The notes beneath the pieces were generated by a model that ran no database searches, was not told where the DNA came from, and was given only the letters and a program-made list of their open reading frames with translations. From Botryllus schlosseri (lineage: Eukaryota), in the NCBI GenBank assembly GCA_051294905.1, contig CM119372.1, positions 16,740,001-16,804,000 of the forward strand: a stretch of 64,000 nt of DNA, given 5' to 3'. Shown piece by piece: positions 14,380-26,823 of the stretch. A program made the position numbers and the translations under genes. Each line of letters starts with the position of its first letter. The first letter of the stretch is position 1.

Positions 14380-14620
14380 ATTTCCGCAATGGCTCAATAA
14401 AGCAGAGTGTCTGTGTCAAGGATGCATAAGTCAGATTGACGGCAAGGAAGATATTAGAAACGTCCACTCGCAGCAGCTTTCCGTCGACATTGCCGTGCTG
14501 AGAAAAGACAACGTGGTGATGGATTTCAGCAAATGCACCAAAGAGACTTGCCGAGAAGGCATCGAAAGCATTGCTATCGGCTGCCATTGCGCGCTGTCGA
14601 AGATTATAACGAGCACATAG
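14380..14620 (+). CDS. IL17: IL-17 family gene g2, coding exon 2 (cystine knot)
   Basis: Acceptor ttcttccag|A; reads FPQWLNKAECLCQGCI...AVLRK...IAIGCHCALSKIITST*; TAG at 14618-14620. Confidence 0.94.
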
Positions 14621-15021
14621 TCGCCAATCGGCGATCACCGCGCTTCGGCACCGAAGATCCAGAATCCAGATGCCGGTTTCAGCCGGAATATCATGGCAAC
14701 CGTGGGGTCCACGTGATGATGCACCGAAATCTCGAGAACGGACCGCTGTAGTCCCATCACATCTGGCCGCGAATGATGCAGTCCCCAGTTTTCGTGCGGG
14801 ATAATCCTTCCTACGCAAACATAAAACTGTGAAGTCCCCCGAGATTTCAGCAACGAACTCATACTTCGTCCCCCGAATCGACAATTGACGGCAATCGCAG
14901 AGAAGCACCCGGCAACCTCTGTTCGGATTCCAATTGAGTGATGTCTCTTGAATGCATGCTATGGACGAAATCAGTTCCAATGTCACATTTCTATGTTCCA
15001 AATGATTTGTATTATATATTT

Positions 15022-15027
15022 AATAAA
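15022..15027 (+). other. Candidate polyadenylation signal of g2
   Basis: AATAAA about 400 nt after the g2 stop, at the transition from a GC-rich 3' region to AT-rich sequence. Confidence 0.3.
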
Positions 15028-16140
15028 AGATATATGTCATCCATACATATTCGTACAAATTATCAAGTCTAATTTAATTTCTCACATTTTACGCTACGTA
15101 TTTATATTCATTTTCTGTCCACTCTTCGTTACCTATCAGTGTTTCAGTGTTATATGACAGTATTGTATGTCATCTCTCGTTGGAATACAATGCCTGGAGT
15201 AAAATCATGCACTAAACGTTGAATAACAATAGGCAAGTCGTCGGGATGGACTGTGTCAAAACCGGAAAGGGTAATCCTAATGCAGTTCAAATGTACCAGC
15301 AGTCAACACTAGCTGATGTGTGGGATAAAGAGGAAGCAAAGGAGGTCAAAATAGCATTTTGCACGGAATGGAGGATGTAACAGCGTCGGGGATGATATGA
15401 AAACTGCGGGAGCGCTGATATGCTAAAATACCATACGCGGTTGCATATATAATCCACGTATGATATTTTTGCAGCTACTCAAAGTAATATGTGATGTCCG
15501 TAGCGATTTCACATACCGCCTACCAATCGAAGCGATAGTTCGAGAGATAATGTTGATAATGATAACGGTGTCGCGTAAATTGGCATTTCTGTTCACTAAA
15601 TTATGCCGAAATTACGATCTTCATACCGTCACCATCATGGACGAACATATCATAATCGCATTCCCCATTTGCCACACATTCTAAATATGCAGATCGAATT
15701 CCCAGTATGACTCTAAACATGTCCATCGATTTAATTCCGTCAAGTAGTGACAATACTGAACGTTTTGAAAACAACCATGATTCTACGAATTGGCGACCGC
15801 AATGTATAAGATGTTGAATCATATGCATGAGCGCAAAAGCATCAAATTCGCGACGCATTATCTGCATTTGTTGCCGGTGTACATATTGACTTATCATCAG
15901 CGTCAACAGGAAACAAACACGCTGTCTGGCAGGAAAAGTGAGTGCTCTCGGAGGAAACTCACTTGCCGTGCGACGCCTCAACCGCACATTTCTAAATCAC
16001 TATAGATGTCAGGGAGAATTTTGACTTCAGGGTTTTTTCGAAATATTTAATCCCACACTAATAGTGGTGATCCATAACGAAGCGGGTCGACCGCGGTCGG
16101 ACTACAACCGACAACCCATTGTACTTTCGACAACTCTTAC

Positions 16141-16412
16141 GGAGCAAGATGGTGTAATGGTGAGGCGTCCGTCTTCTTGATCGGTAGGTCATGGGTTCGA
16201 TCCCCGGCCGGGTCAGACCAAGGACACGAAGATTGTGTCCTCAGCATCCTGCTATAGACGCTCAGCATCCGCGGATAGCATGAAGGAGAAAAAACGATGG
16301 TGCAGACTAGGTGACCTTACTGCTGTATCGCATCTCCGTCGTCAAAGCATCTCGATGGTGCAGGCGAAAACGAATGTCACCTTACTCTCTCTTCTCTATC
16401 TCTCTGTCTCTC
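16141..16412 (+). mobile_element. tRNA-derived SINE
   Basis: Pol III A box TGGTGTAATGG and B box GGTTCGATCCC, then about 170 nt of non-tRNA body and a (CT)n tail. Confidence 0.75.
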
Positions 16413-17295
16413 AAGAAATGTCTTGATCATTTTGTCGCCAGGTGAAATGGTTATCATGGATTGTGGCGCCGTTGGTCTTCAAGTTGCTTCCTACAATTTT
16501 CCACGCTGTCACCGGGGATTGGCGAACCAAATTCGTTCCACTGGATTTAATAAGACTATAATTTTCAGATACCATACGCTTTCGACATCCACCTAAAGTA
16601 ACATTGACGTTTCTGGAAAATCGCTGTACTTCTACTTGTAATTGCATACAAAGTTACGGCGTTATACTTCTTCTACTTGAGTATCAACAATGCACACCGT
16701 TGTCCCACACTGGAGACCGCCATCGCATTGACAAGGAGCTGTCAGATCGATATATATCTGCAATTCAATGTGATTTTGTTTAGCGACAAATTCACGCCGT
16801 TATTAATATTTGATGGGGATTGTGCGACGACGGCAACTTAATTCAGAGGCAAGGAATTATTGCAATTGTGTGGAATTTTGTTTTGACACTATATAGATTC
16901 TGGTTTGTTGGTTGTAAAAGGAAATCTTGTTTCGATGAGCCAGGAATACAGGTGGTGACAAACAGAGACATATGCAGTCGAATCTTCTTGATTCGGGCAA
17001 TAATTCCGCTCAGTTTTGGCCGAATTAAGCGGAAACTCAATTGTTCGTTTCATCCTCATGTATGTTAAGGCAGACAAGCCATCGACATACTGTACTGTTG
17101 CGTAGAATATTAAGGCAGTAGCGTTATACTGCTATCAAAATAGGAACTGGTCTCATAAAATGCACTTCAGGTTATGGTTGTGTTGTAATGTATTGCGTCG
17201 TTGAGTGTATTGTGCCTCTTCAGATTAGTTGTATTGCATATCTTAATATAGTATACAGTATTTCGATACCACGCGATTCCAGAAATACTGTAGAC

Positions 17296-18413
17296 CAGTG
17301 GTCGGGAACCTTTTTCGACCGAAGAGCCATATTGGCCAAATATTTTCAATTTTACCTCCCAAAGAGCCGTACATGTCAATCAACTATTACGTCACAATTG
17401 AAAATTCGTGGCGTATTGGTAGCACTAATATATGTGATTAACAGTGTGCTCCATATTTTTCTGCTCACATGCGTATAGGTGGAGCCAAACATGGTCATGA
17501 TCATTGGTCACTACAGCAGTACATATCCACTGGAGGGTATGATACGTCAGTGACGTGGGGTTAGGGTAGGCAAGTGAGGCAGTGCCTCTCATGTCCTCGG
17601 GGATGAGTGAAGGAAAATAGTGAATCCTTCAATGATTATTGGTATCTTCTATCGATGCTTAAGAATGACTATGGATTTTGAACATTTATAATCCTAAAAT
17701 GACGGAATTTCATATTTATTGTTCGAAAATAAATCACAAACGAAGCGGTAAGGCACAGATGAAGCACAGACGGGCAAAGTCTCTCTTGTGATAGCGCAAC
17801 TCATCGGAAATAGCTTAGAATCAGATATGAATCCAATGTAATAAGTCGAGCTGTTTCCGAAAATCTAGATCGACTTCCAAAGTATTCGGCCTAACATAAC
17901 GCTGCGTTGCACTCTATATTATTACGGCGGTGCTAGAAGCTACTTACCAATCAAGAACATGGATAACTATGACGTTGTTTTTAATTTGAAGTTGTAATTG
18001 TGAATGTCACTTTCTCGGTGTTCACGAAGACAATGTGTATTTGAAAATTGCATTGTCCGACAAGCGTCGCCATGTCTGCTATTCTCTTTGATCAATTAAA
18101 GTAGCGTGCAATCAAAGACTTCGAGGAGATCGATGGCGTGTAGATCGAATTCGCGAGTCGTGGGAGCCGCCGGCGCGTGGGGATTTTGAAAAGGGGGGTA
18201 CGAGTCCCTAACCCTAGACGCCCCACTGTCTTGACCTCTCAAAGACATGTTTATGCTTCCGCGAGAATAATAATTCTAGCCGTCATGGAAATTTGATAAC
18301 AAGTTGCTGCAATATTGATAAATTAAGTACAGAATTAACAATATGCCAAAGAGCCATATCTTACAGCCAAAAGAGCCATATATGGATCGCGAGCCAGAGG
18401 TTCCCGACCACTG
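17296..18413. mobile_element. Non-autonomous hAT (Buster/Charlie-type) element (1118 bp)
   Basis: Perfect TIRs cagtggtcgggaacct/aggttcccgaccactg; perfect TSD ctgtagac. Confidence 0.9.
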
Positions 18414-18618
18414 CTGTAGACCGTATATATATGTAACACGCACGTATAGGGTTAAGATGATACGGTAATTCTTCACATAGATCATAGCAATGTAGCAAAG
18501 GCCGAAACGGTATTTTCACTTGATAAAACTACACCACAAAACTGTAGCGAATAAAGACAAACACGTCTATCCAGGCAGAAAATCAATCGTGGAAAAGCTA
18601 ACAACATTAACAATACGA

Positions 18619-19290
18619 CAGTGGGTCCCAGCCGGGGGTAGTTATTTAATTTATAGGGGGAATCTTGCTTTAGGGTTGTGCAGGAAGCTATGCCTGGATT
18701 CAACAATTCTTTATTATGTTTCCTGACGGAACTCTGGAACATGAAATTACAGTAGTTCTTTCCAAACGCGTATTGTATCCCTGCTGGCTGATTTTTAGCT
18801 ATAAATCGGTTTAAATGCTATTTCAAATTGCCCTTTTCGCACAAATTCTACCCGATTTAAAAAAAAAACTAGGCCTATACCTCAGTGTTTTAACGGCTAT
18901 AGCGAGAAGAAGAAAAAGGTTCTGCCGAATCCATCACAGCAAGGCTACTGTGGAGAGTGCTGTTTACTTTTTTTCAAGTCAACATCTGCTCGACCGTGAA
19001 AAAACATGCCAGTGGTTTGAAATCCATTTGAAATTCTTGTGGTCGAATATATTAAAACGGAATTTGGTTAGGTAAGAATCCCAATGCTTTACGACTAAAT
19101 TAGATCCCCGTAGACCTTAATCGGTGGGATTGCCCCTACCCACGACGACGACGGCTTCAGAAGGCTCAAAATCGACCCCATCTGAACTAATAACTCCCTT
19201 CGGTCGAAAAACATAATCTATAGTCGCCTACCACCTGAAAGACCTTCGCATACCACTAGCGGTACGCGTACCACAGGTTGGGAAGCACGG
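18619..19290. mobile_element. Degenerate Charlie-type MITE
   Basis: Imperfect TIRs cagtgggtcccagcc/ggttgggaagcacgg; the interior resembles the start of the 33040 element; no TSD seen. Confidence 0.45.
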
Positions 19291-19483
19291 ATTAAAGCGA
19301 ACATGTTATATGTTTAGTCAACAGCTATGCGCTCGCTACACGCCGCCGGAAACACATGCCGTATATTTAGCGTAGTGTTTCCGCAAGTGAAAATGATGAC
19401 CTTTTACCACTGCACACTCAACACGTCCCTCAAAGCTAGTCCTTTCACCGAAGCAGCGGATCTGATTTGCCGTGTACCTTTCT

Positions 19484-19780
19484 TTACATAGATCCGTCGG
19501 CCAGTGACTGTTCTCCATGGAAACCCGGCGAAAATGTGGGTATGACCTCGCGAATATTATTTCGTTCGCCTTGGATTTTCAAGGGCCGACGCAAGTTCAC
19601 CGGACACCGCACGAAGCCCCCATCCATATCTCTCGGTTTAATCGATTCCATGGTTTCCGCCTTCGTTACCGCACTTGGCGCCGAAGTGCGAGTCTCTGCG
19701 TCGAAGCTCCAGCAGACGACTCGAAGACGAGCAACGCCCCCGATAGCGGACTGGTTTCGCCTGTTCCTTTGATACCCATG
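19484..19780 (-). pseudogene. Probable decayed IL-17 exon-1 relic resembling g1
   Basis: A 98-codon stop-free frame contains GVARLRVVCWSFDAETRT and FVRCPVNLRRPLKIQGERNNIR. Compare g1 SLRKACQKSLASTQT and NVRCPVNDLSYAENERENIR, and g3 GVQRLRNACRS. No signal peptide, intact SPW/DPNR motif or partner knot exon was found. Confidence 0.45.
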
Positions 19781-20927
19781 TTAAACTGCTTTGAACACGG
19801 AAACCGTTCATGCATTTCGGTGTTAAATATTTTACACGGAAGCGGCCAGCGGTATGCCTTACCAAAAGTATATACCTATATACCTATTTTAGTCATCGGG
19901 CTTATTTTTCTTATGGGGGGGTGTCTTCTTATTGGGTAAGTTTGGCTCAAATATCGACCAAAGGGGAGAAAAGAGACGAAAAGAGGTTGAGAAACACTGT
20001 AACACACGATGATTCGGTGGACCCATGCGTTTGCGTTGCTGTATGGGTCGCCATTGTGTCACCAGAATCACTCATCGTGCGTTACAACGAACGAAGTACC
20101 GTTTATTTTGAAATAACCTAACGCTGGGACTTGCGAACGTGTGTCCTAATTAAACGGGGAAGTGACCGCATAAACGTCGTTTTTGAGGTGTAATTTTTAC
20201 TTTTGTTCCGTTCCCTGGCATTTTCACCAAATAAAGCGGATGTCCTGGTCTTCCGACTTCCGAATCAAGCAGGTTCGACTGCGCTTTGGATATGGCATCG
20301 GGGAAAAATAGCGAGTGCTAAAATGCGAATGTCAATAATAGCTGTTAATTAAAAATTGTGAGTATCATAATAGCGAACAAGTCATACTTGCGTGTGTGAT
20401 ATAGGCTCAACTATGATTTTACCGCGTTCAATGTTTTATCTAACACGCTCTATCGCCCGCTATAGCTGAATTTGTTACACCTAGTATAGTATATCTATTT
20501 AATTATCATTATTCAGAATTCGTTCGCGTTCTAGTGCGTGGCGAACAACTGGTGATGAGTGCCACTTTACAATTTTAATAATAACAGTAGCCGTAAGGTC
20601 GTAGTTCTATCTAACTTTCCGAAGAGGAAGGATACTATCCTTAATGGAGTGACTTGCAGATTCGCCGACTATATTGCGTCGAATGAAGGCAGATTATATA
20701 CAGAAGCCAAATCCTAACAATTCTGTAATTTATCTATCGCAATTTTTCGTGTGTTGCAGAGGAATAACAATTTGACTATATTTTACTGAAATTTAAAAAA
20801 ATTACTTCAATATCGACATTCACCTTAGTGGGCAGGTTTCTTCCTGGACTGTGTGTATACTGTATATTTACCGTTTACACTGCGAATACAGAAAATATTG
20901 ACATTAGTTATTCATATTAGCGCGGAT

Positions 20928-21182
20928 CAAAACTGCGAGTGTCAAAACAGCGAACTCAAAATAGCGAGGCTTCAAAATAGCGAGTGTCGAAATAGCAGGT
21001 GTCATCATAGCGAGTAATTTCAAATAGGTAGGATTAGAGATAAAATTTACGCCCGCTGTTTTGATATTTGCTAGTTTTCAAACTGACTCGCTCTTTTGAC
21101 ACTCGGTATTTCGAAGCTCGGTAACTTGAAGGACTTATAGTTAATGTCTCTCTCTTTTGACTTTCGCTATTTCGAATTCGAG
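20928..21182. repeat. Inverted pair of short tandem arrays (about 18-nt unit caaaatagcgagtgt)
   Basis: About 5 degenerate units on + (20928-21022), with reverse-complement units at 21058-21182; a related unit near 20304. Confidence 0.6.
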
Positions 21183-22373
21183 CAATTGGGCATTCATAAA
21201 TAAAAATAGTGTACGTCATCGCAGGGTGGACCTGACGGGCGGAGGATAGTATAATCATTCAAGAATGAAACCGTTTCTATGGAGCGTTTTAGTGCAAATT
21301 TGTGTTTGGCGATTGCATATCCAAGGCCATAGTTAATAATGTCGAACCGATGAGCACGGGATTAAATCGGTATCGAAACTGGAACGACTTTCGCGATTAA
21401 TTACTCAGAACAAATGTCATCGTAATAGAAAGGGCTACGAAAACTTATTAATCATACCGCATATATATCGACAAAAATAAATACATAGTCACTTTCATAT
21501 AGTATAAATTCCAACTGAATTGCAACGATAAATACTGTCATATGGTATATCTGTGGTTTTTAACTTCACGTAACATTGTCGATTCGCACTACTCACGGCA
21601 TTTTCGCGATGGCCTCAGGTAACTGTCTGGACCGAAATTTCGTATCGTAAAAGGAACTATAAAGGGTACGCTTATATAAAATTCCCGCTAATTCGTGTGG
21701 ATCCTGTATAACTTCGAGACAAGTTTTATTTGGCGTTGTAAACTAATTTATCAATAGAGTGGCTGGATCTATAACAGTTGGTTCCAGGATTTGGGCAATG
21801 AGTAGTGCGCGGATAGTGATTAGAGTGGAATGCCGAATTTGCCACTTATTAACAGGCCAGGGTAAGTACGAAGAAGCATATCGACGTATATAATCCTATT
21901 GCTGATTTTGTTTTCATCATTAAGTACAAATGACCAAATTTCCGCGCGTATGAGCTACCTTAACACAAGGCCTAAGGGAATACGTGAGTGTACATCACAC
22001 TTAATGAAGCCGCGTAAACTCCTAATATCGCCACATATTCCCGGTAATTTATTGCGATGTTTCGGAAGTCGGTTTTACTATTATTAGTGTTTGTGTCGTC
22101 GCAGACTACGTGATAAATTATGTCCAGCAGTCTCCAGTTAATCGAACATACCAATTTCTGCACTTGCTTCCCGGATGGCCCGAATCCATTCCAATATGCG
22201 ATAGCAATATTCACGACACATGGCATGTTGTTTGTGAAGTGAACTAATTCAATTACACTGAAGAAGTCGTGCTGGTAAGGTGCAACGAAACATGTTCTTA
22301 TTATCGGAACTACTTTTAGCGTGTGTTTGTACCATTCCTTAACAAGAAATATACATATGTTACTAATTTAAGA

Positions 22374-22620
22374 TTATTGAGCTAAACGAGGTGCATTATA
22401 TGCCGGTGGAGATGTTCTGAAAGTATTTCTTTGATTGACTTCGTATATGAGAATTGTTTCTGAAACCAAATCAACATATCGTACAAAGCATTTATCTATT
22501 AGAAAGATTCTCGATACAACTGCGTCATTCTGATATCTCGATGAGCTTTCGTCATAATTTGTCCTCAATCTTACAAAGGTGTGCTTGCGCAAGAATACCG
22601 AGTATCGCGTGTAAACCTTG
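22374..22620 (-). pseudogene. Possible hAT transposase relic
   Basis: Minus frames give DES..., then after a frameshift RDIRMTQL, then FVRYVD. This resembles the hAT DEST-D-I-x3-QL...FVRYV segment; the match is weak. Confidence 0.3.
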
Positions 22621-23185
22621 TCTATAGATTCTTTATTAATGCCAAGATTGGATTTCCGACATACATATTTCACGGGATTGTCGACAAAATCCGTATAGAA
22701 TTAATGCCTCGGGGAAATCATTGTGTTTAATATGCCCTGAAACAAGTTTTTTTGATACAACAATAGTTTTTGCTGCCATTAGAGTTGAAGTCAGTCTAGT
22801 TATCGTTATCCTTATCTGCTGCCAGTCAAGTTGTGGTGGAAGTATGAAATAATAGCTTCAATGCTTATATTATATATACATATCTTGTTAATACTCGGTT
22901 AGTCAGTTCACTATCACCTGCTACAGTTTGATTGCCGGAAGAATGAAAATGCAACAGAACACCAAGAAAATAATTGTAGCGTCCACAAGTAACGAGAACC
23001 GTGCTAGAATTATTACGCTATTCTGGTTATGAATAAGGAGATGATCTGCTGCTTCTGTCACAGCTATCGGCCTACGTTCTCAGACCGGAAGTGGGCTGTA
23101 GTGAGGTTCTGAGCCTATGATCCGCCATAGATATACAGGGTTAACAATGCCTAATACAATGACAAATGATATTTAGGCGAGAAAT

Positions 23186-23822
23186 AATAGACACTTACGT
23201 GACCTTTGACACGGACCAATCATATTGCAGTGCGATGTAAACAAACAGCGATTTAGGGCAAGCTTACTATTTGTGAGCTCTTATGGCGGATGGTGGTTGG
23301 CGGATGAATTCACAGTTCACTCACATTGTATCAGGCATATCTGATTTGGATGAATGATAATAGCATAGAATATAGAGCCAGTGTCTATTTACAGTATTCT
23401 AAGCCAAAATAACCAGCAATGGTGGCAACTGCGCAGTATGATGTGTCCTAAAATGCATGCATTTTGATAACATTGCAGACAAAGCAAGCATAGCTGTTTC
23501 TTGTTATTCGTATCCTGCAGTACGGTATACGAATAGCCAGAAATACCAATGCTTGCTTCATCCGAAAAGTTGTCAAATACAGCTGCGTAATTGCCATCAT
23601 TGCAAGGTATTTTGAATAGAAAACTGTACATACATACTAGATCTATGTTATTACCATTCATCTAAATCAGATATGCCTGATACAATGTAATTGAACTATG
23701 ACTTCATCCGTCAACCTTTTTGCCATATGAGCTCACGTATAGAAGCTTGCCCTACATCGCCGTTTGTTTACATCGCACTGCAATCTGATTGGTCCGTGTC
23801 AAAGGTCACGTAAGTGTCTATT
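23186..23822. repeat. Long inverted repeat (foldback), arms about 185 bp
   Basis: aatagacacttacgtgacctttgacacggaccaatc... is mirrored by ...gattggtccgtgtcaaaggtcacgtaagtgtctatt. Arms are about 23186-23372 and 23641-23822. Confidence 0.85.
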
Positions 23823-24194
23823 GTTCCTGGGTTACGAAGATTCTCTTAGACCTCTAAGCCCGTTGCGGCACGCGAACCAAGAATGTGCAATGTGCAATTG
23901 TGCATTGTGCAATGTGCATATATAATGATGCGCATGTACGGTTGTGTGGCCTGGGAAAATTAACGAAGCTCGAGGATCTCCCTTTCGATTTTGGATTTCG
24001 TTATCACGGTCTGCTAATAAACTGTGATGTTATTGCGTTTCAGAATAGTGCTATATCACTCAATATTGTATACATTTCTTTCCTATGAAAATGTCGATTT
24101 TTCTGCAATTAACAGTGTGACGCGACGTGATTTCATAGGCTCGTGTACTGTACACGTTCGTGTTCACAGCCAACTTTCTACAAAGATTCGTGGT

Positions 24195-24469
24195 GGTGGC
24201 GAGATAGCGTAGTAGTATTCACAGCTGCATCACCAATGGGTTGTGGGTTCGAGTCCGAACGAGGTCTACCTAAGTGTTGGAGGTTTTTCTGGGCTCCTCC
24301 TTGCCAACTTATCCGTGTAAGCATTGTCTCATAGAAGCCTAGAAGTGAGCCGCGCAACAAGTCGACAGCTACAGAATAAAGATGATAAAACTTGCATGGG
24401 GTAATTGACAAATGACCATAGTAGTCGACAAAACACCATGAACATTAATACTACAAACAACAAGAACAA
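24195..24469 (+). mobile_element. tRNA-derived SINE, family S copy 1
   Basis: B box GGTTCGAGTCC, tRNA-like head, body collinear with 26090..26360, (caa)-like tail. Confidence 0.75.
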
Positions 24470-25233
24470 GTATTCTTGTTCACACGAAGTTCTCACTATT
24501 CGCATCAAATAGTACAACTATAGCTTTCGGCGTTTGGAACTTGTCGCTATATGGCTATACGCTTATTCACAAATTACATTGAACGTCGGTTATTGCGCAA
24601 ACGAAAAACGTCTATAAATGCATGTTCCAAATAAAACGCTCCTAATTTTACTGGATCGCTGATTAAATCGTGCTGTTGATCAAAAACCCGCTGCAAACCA
24701 TATATGATTCAACTGCAACCAGCATCAAAAACGGTGCCATCTTAAATTGGAATCTCGGCCATTTTTTTGAAATTATTATATTTTTGGTGGCAATTATCGT
24801 CTCTTAGCTATGACCTAACGTCGTGTTTCAGGCATTGTTGAAGGTAGAGTTCTGCTTTTTCCATCCATCCAGGCCATCTGGAGAAGGGCCTGTGATGGAG
24901 TTTGTAAAGAAACATTGCTAATAAATGAAAATAAATTATGACACTGATTAGATGAAACACCGTCTATATGGCCTCGTTAGAACGATGGTGATTTGTTTCA
25001 TTTATATTTATATGTTTTTTTTTATTTATATGTTCCCAAAATGATATATAATATAGAGGATATTTATCGCCCAGACGATTAAAGCCGTAATTATCAATCT
25101 CCGTCTCTCTAGTGAACGGTAAAAAATAGATTTAATTAAAAATATTGTCAATGATCTGTCACTCCACCAAATCATTATTCAGTTGAGACAAACAGTGAAC
25201 AGTATATGCATACGCACCGCCTCAGCTAAGCAT

Positions 25234-25296
25234 GTATGTTACTGTAATTGTAAGGTAATGGGTCTTTTATATAAAATATTCTTTGTACATTTTAAG
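25234..25296 (+). other. Candidate 63-nt 5'UTR intron of g3
   Basis: gtatgt donor and tacattttaag acceptor 11 nt before the ATG; Inr-like TCAGTT at 25179-25184 upstream. Alternative donors (gtaagg, gtaatg) lie nearby. Confidence 0.45.
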
Positions 25297-25307
25297 GAAA
25301 AATAAAT

Positions 25308-26041
25308 ATGAGCATTAGGTTTGTGGTTATCTGCACACTTTTCTCCCCATGGATATCCTGCATTTGGAGTCAACACGCAGTTGGTGAGATCCCAACTTGG
25401 GTGACGAATTCGACTGCACAATTGACGGTTGAAGAACAGCCCGAGGAAAAAGATGACCCAAAAGACAACCCGTTTATATTCCCGGTCATATTCGAACCTA
25501 CTACTCAACATATTGAGAAAACAACAACAACAACAACAACATCTCTTCCTGAATCACATTCCCCATCGGAGTCAAATAATGCGTCGCCTTCGAACGCGTC
25601 GGATAGCGGCAGTACTGGAGTTGATGATGCTGTCCTTAGCCCAAAGCCTACTGTTACAGTGACTACAAGTACAATTGATCCCAAGACAGCGAGAGTTGCA
25701 AGCCGAAAACGTAAAATGGAAAGACAAAATAAACTAAGATGTAATAAACTGCTGAAAGGAGTTCAGCGTTTGAGAAACGCCTGTCGTTCAATCACCCACG
25801 AAGCGTTGGCCAATACTGAATACGCTTACGTGATGTCAAACAATACGGACGTGGATGGGATGAAAAGAGATTTGGTCAACCAGGGACTGAGAAGAAGTTT
25901 AGATACCACCCCAATACTTCCTGGTTTACAAAATGAGAACGACATAGGTTGTCCTATTCGAACACAATGGATGGCGGGGGCGAACCCGAACGAACATAGT
26001 TTGTCACCCTGGGCATATAAGCAACATTACGACCCTAACAG
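25308..26041 (+). CDS. IL17: IL-17 family gene g3, coding exon 1 of 2 (322-aa precursor)
   Basis: Signal peptide MSIRFVVICTLFSPWISCIWSQHAVG and a Thr/Ser-rich stalk. Ends GCP...NEHSLSPWAYKQHYDPN-AG|gtaagg, donor at 26042. Confidence 0.94.
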
Positions 26042-26089
26042 GTAAGGCTGTGCGCGCCTTTGTCTTCACTTATGTGTTTGTGTTTTAGG

Positions 26090-26360
26090 TAGGCTATTCA
26101 TGGTGTTAGTCGACTACCATGGTCACTGACACCAGGCCGATATATTCTTGATTTTTATTCCGTAACTGCCGACTTATAAAACGGCCAACTTCTAGGTGTT
26201 TTGTAAGACACCGTTTACGCGGGGAAGGTGGCAAGGAGGAGACTAGATAAACCTCCAAAACTAAGGTAGGAGAATTCTGAAGTCGACCACGGTCGGACTC
26301 GAACCCGCAACCCATTGGTGTTGCAGCCGCGGAGTATACCACTGCGCTGTCTCGGCGGCC
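26090..26360 (-). mobile_element. tRNA-derived SINE, family S copy 2 (in the g3 intron)
   Basis: Reverse complement reads agcgcagtggta...ggttcgagtcc and aligns along its length with 24195..24469. Confidence 0.75.
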
Positions 26361-26588
26361 GTTGTCTTTTCATTCATTCTTCATCAGTGATGAAAACAAA
26401 TAATAGTCAGCCACATAACAATATTACCTTTCGAGCATCAATTACGGTATTGTGGTCGTGCAGAAATATTATTCGTCACTTGAAATGCTTAAATTCAGAG
26501 ATTCGAAGACATAATTATCCATAGGAGGCACATGACTTACTTTTATGCTACGCCAGACGTGTATCATCCACCATTCTATTTTTTCTAG

Positions 26589-26823
26589 AATTCCACAAAT
26601 GATGAGCGTAGCCAAATGCCTATGTGAAGGGTGCATTGATCCAGATCTGGAAGGCGAATTTATAGAAAACAAGAACTTCGTTTCGAAGGAGATAACACGG
26701 TATTTGAGAGTTTTACGAAGAGATGCTACAGCAGGAAAATCCTACTCGGACCCGAAGTCATGGCAAGAGAGCTTGGAGGAAATAGCGATAGGCTGTCATT
26801 GCATGAGACCTAGAATATTATAA
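26589..26823 (+). CDS. IL17: IL-17 family gene g3, coding exon 2 (cystine knot)
   Basis: Acceptor tattttttctag|A; reads IPQMMSVAKCLCEGCIDP...RVLRR...IAIGCHCMRPRIL*; TAA at 26821-26823. Confidence 0.94.

Noticed and set aside
14330-15001. 223-aa minus-strand ORF
   Set aside because: It is antisense to g2 exon 2 and its GC-rich 3' region, has no recognisable motif, and is best explained as a shadow ORF.
15656-15817. Frame reading SHSPFATHSKYADRIPSM, resembling the spliced g4 junction SPW...YDPDRIP
   Set aside because: The following CxCxGC is absent and I see no nucleotide similarity to g3/g4, so a processed pseudogene is unsupported.
16141-16225. tRNA gene calls here and at 24195 and 26281-26360
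   Set aside because: A/B boxes are present, but I could not form a complete cloverleaf and each runs into a SINE body and tail.
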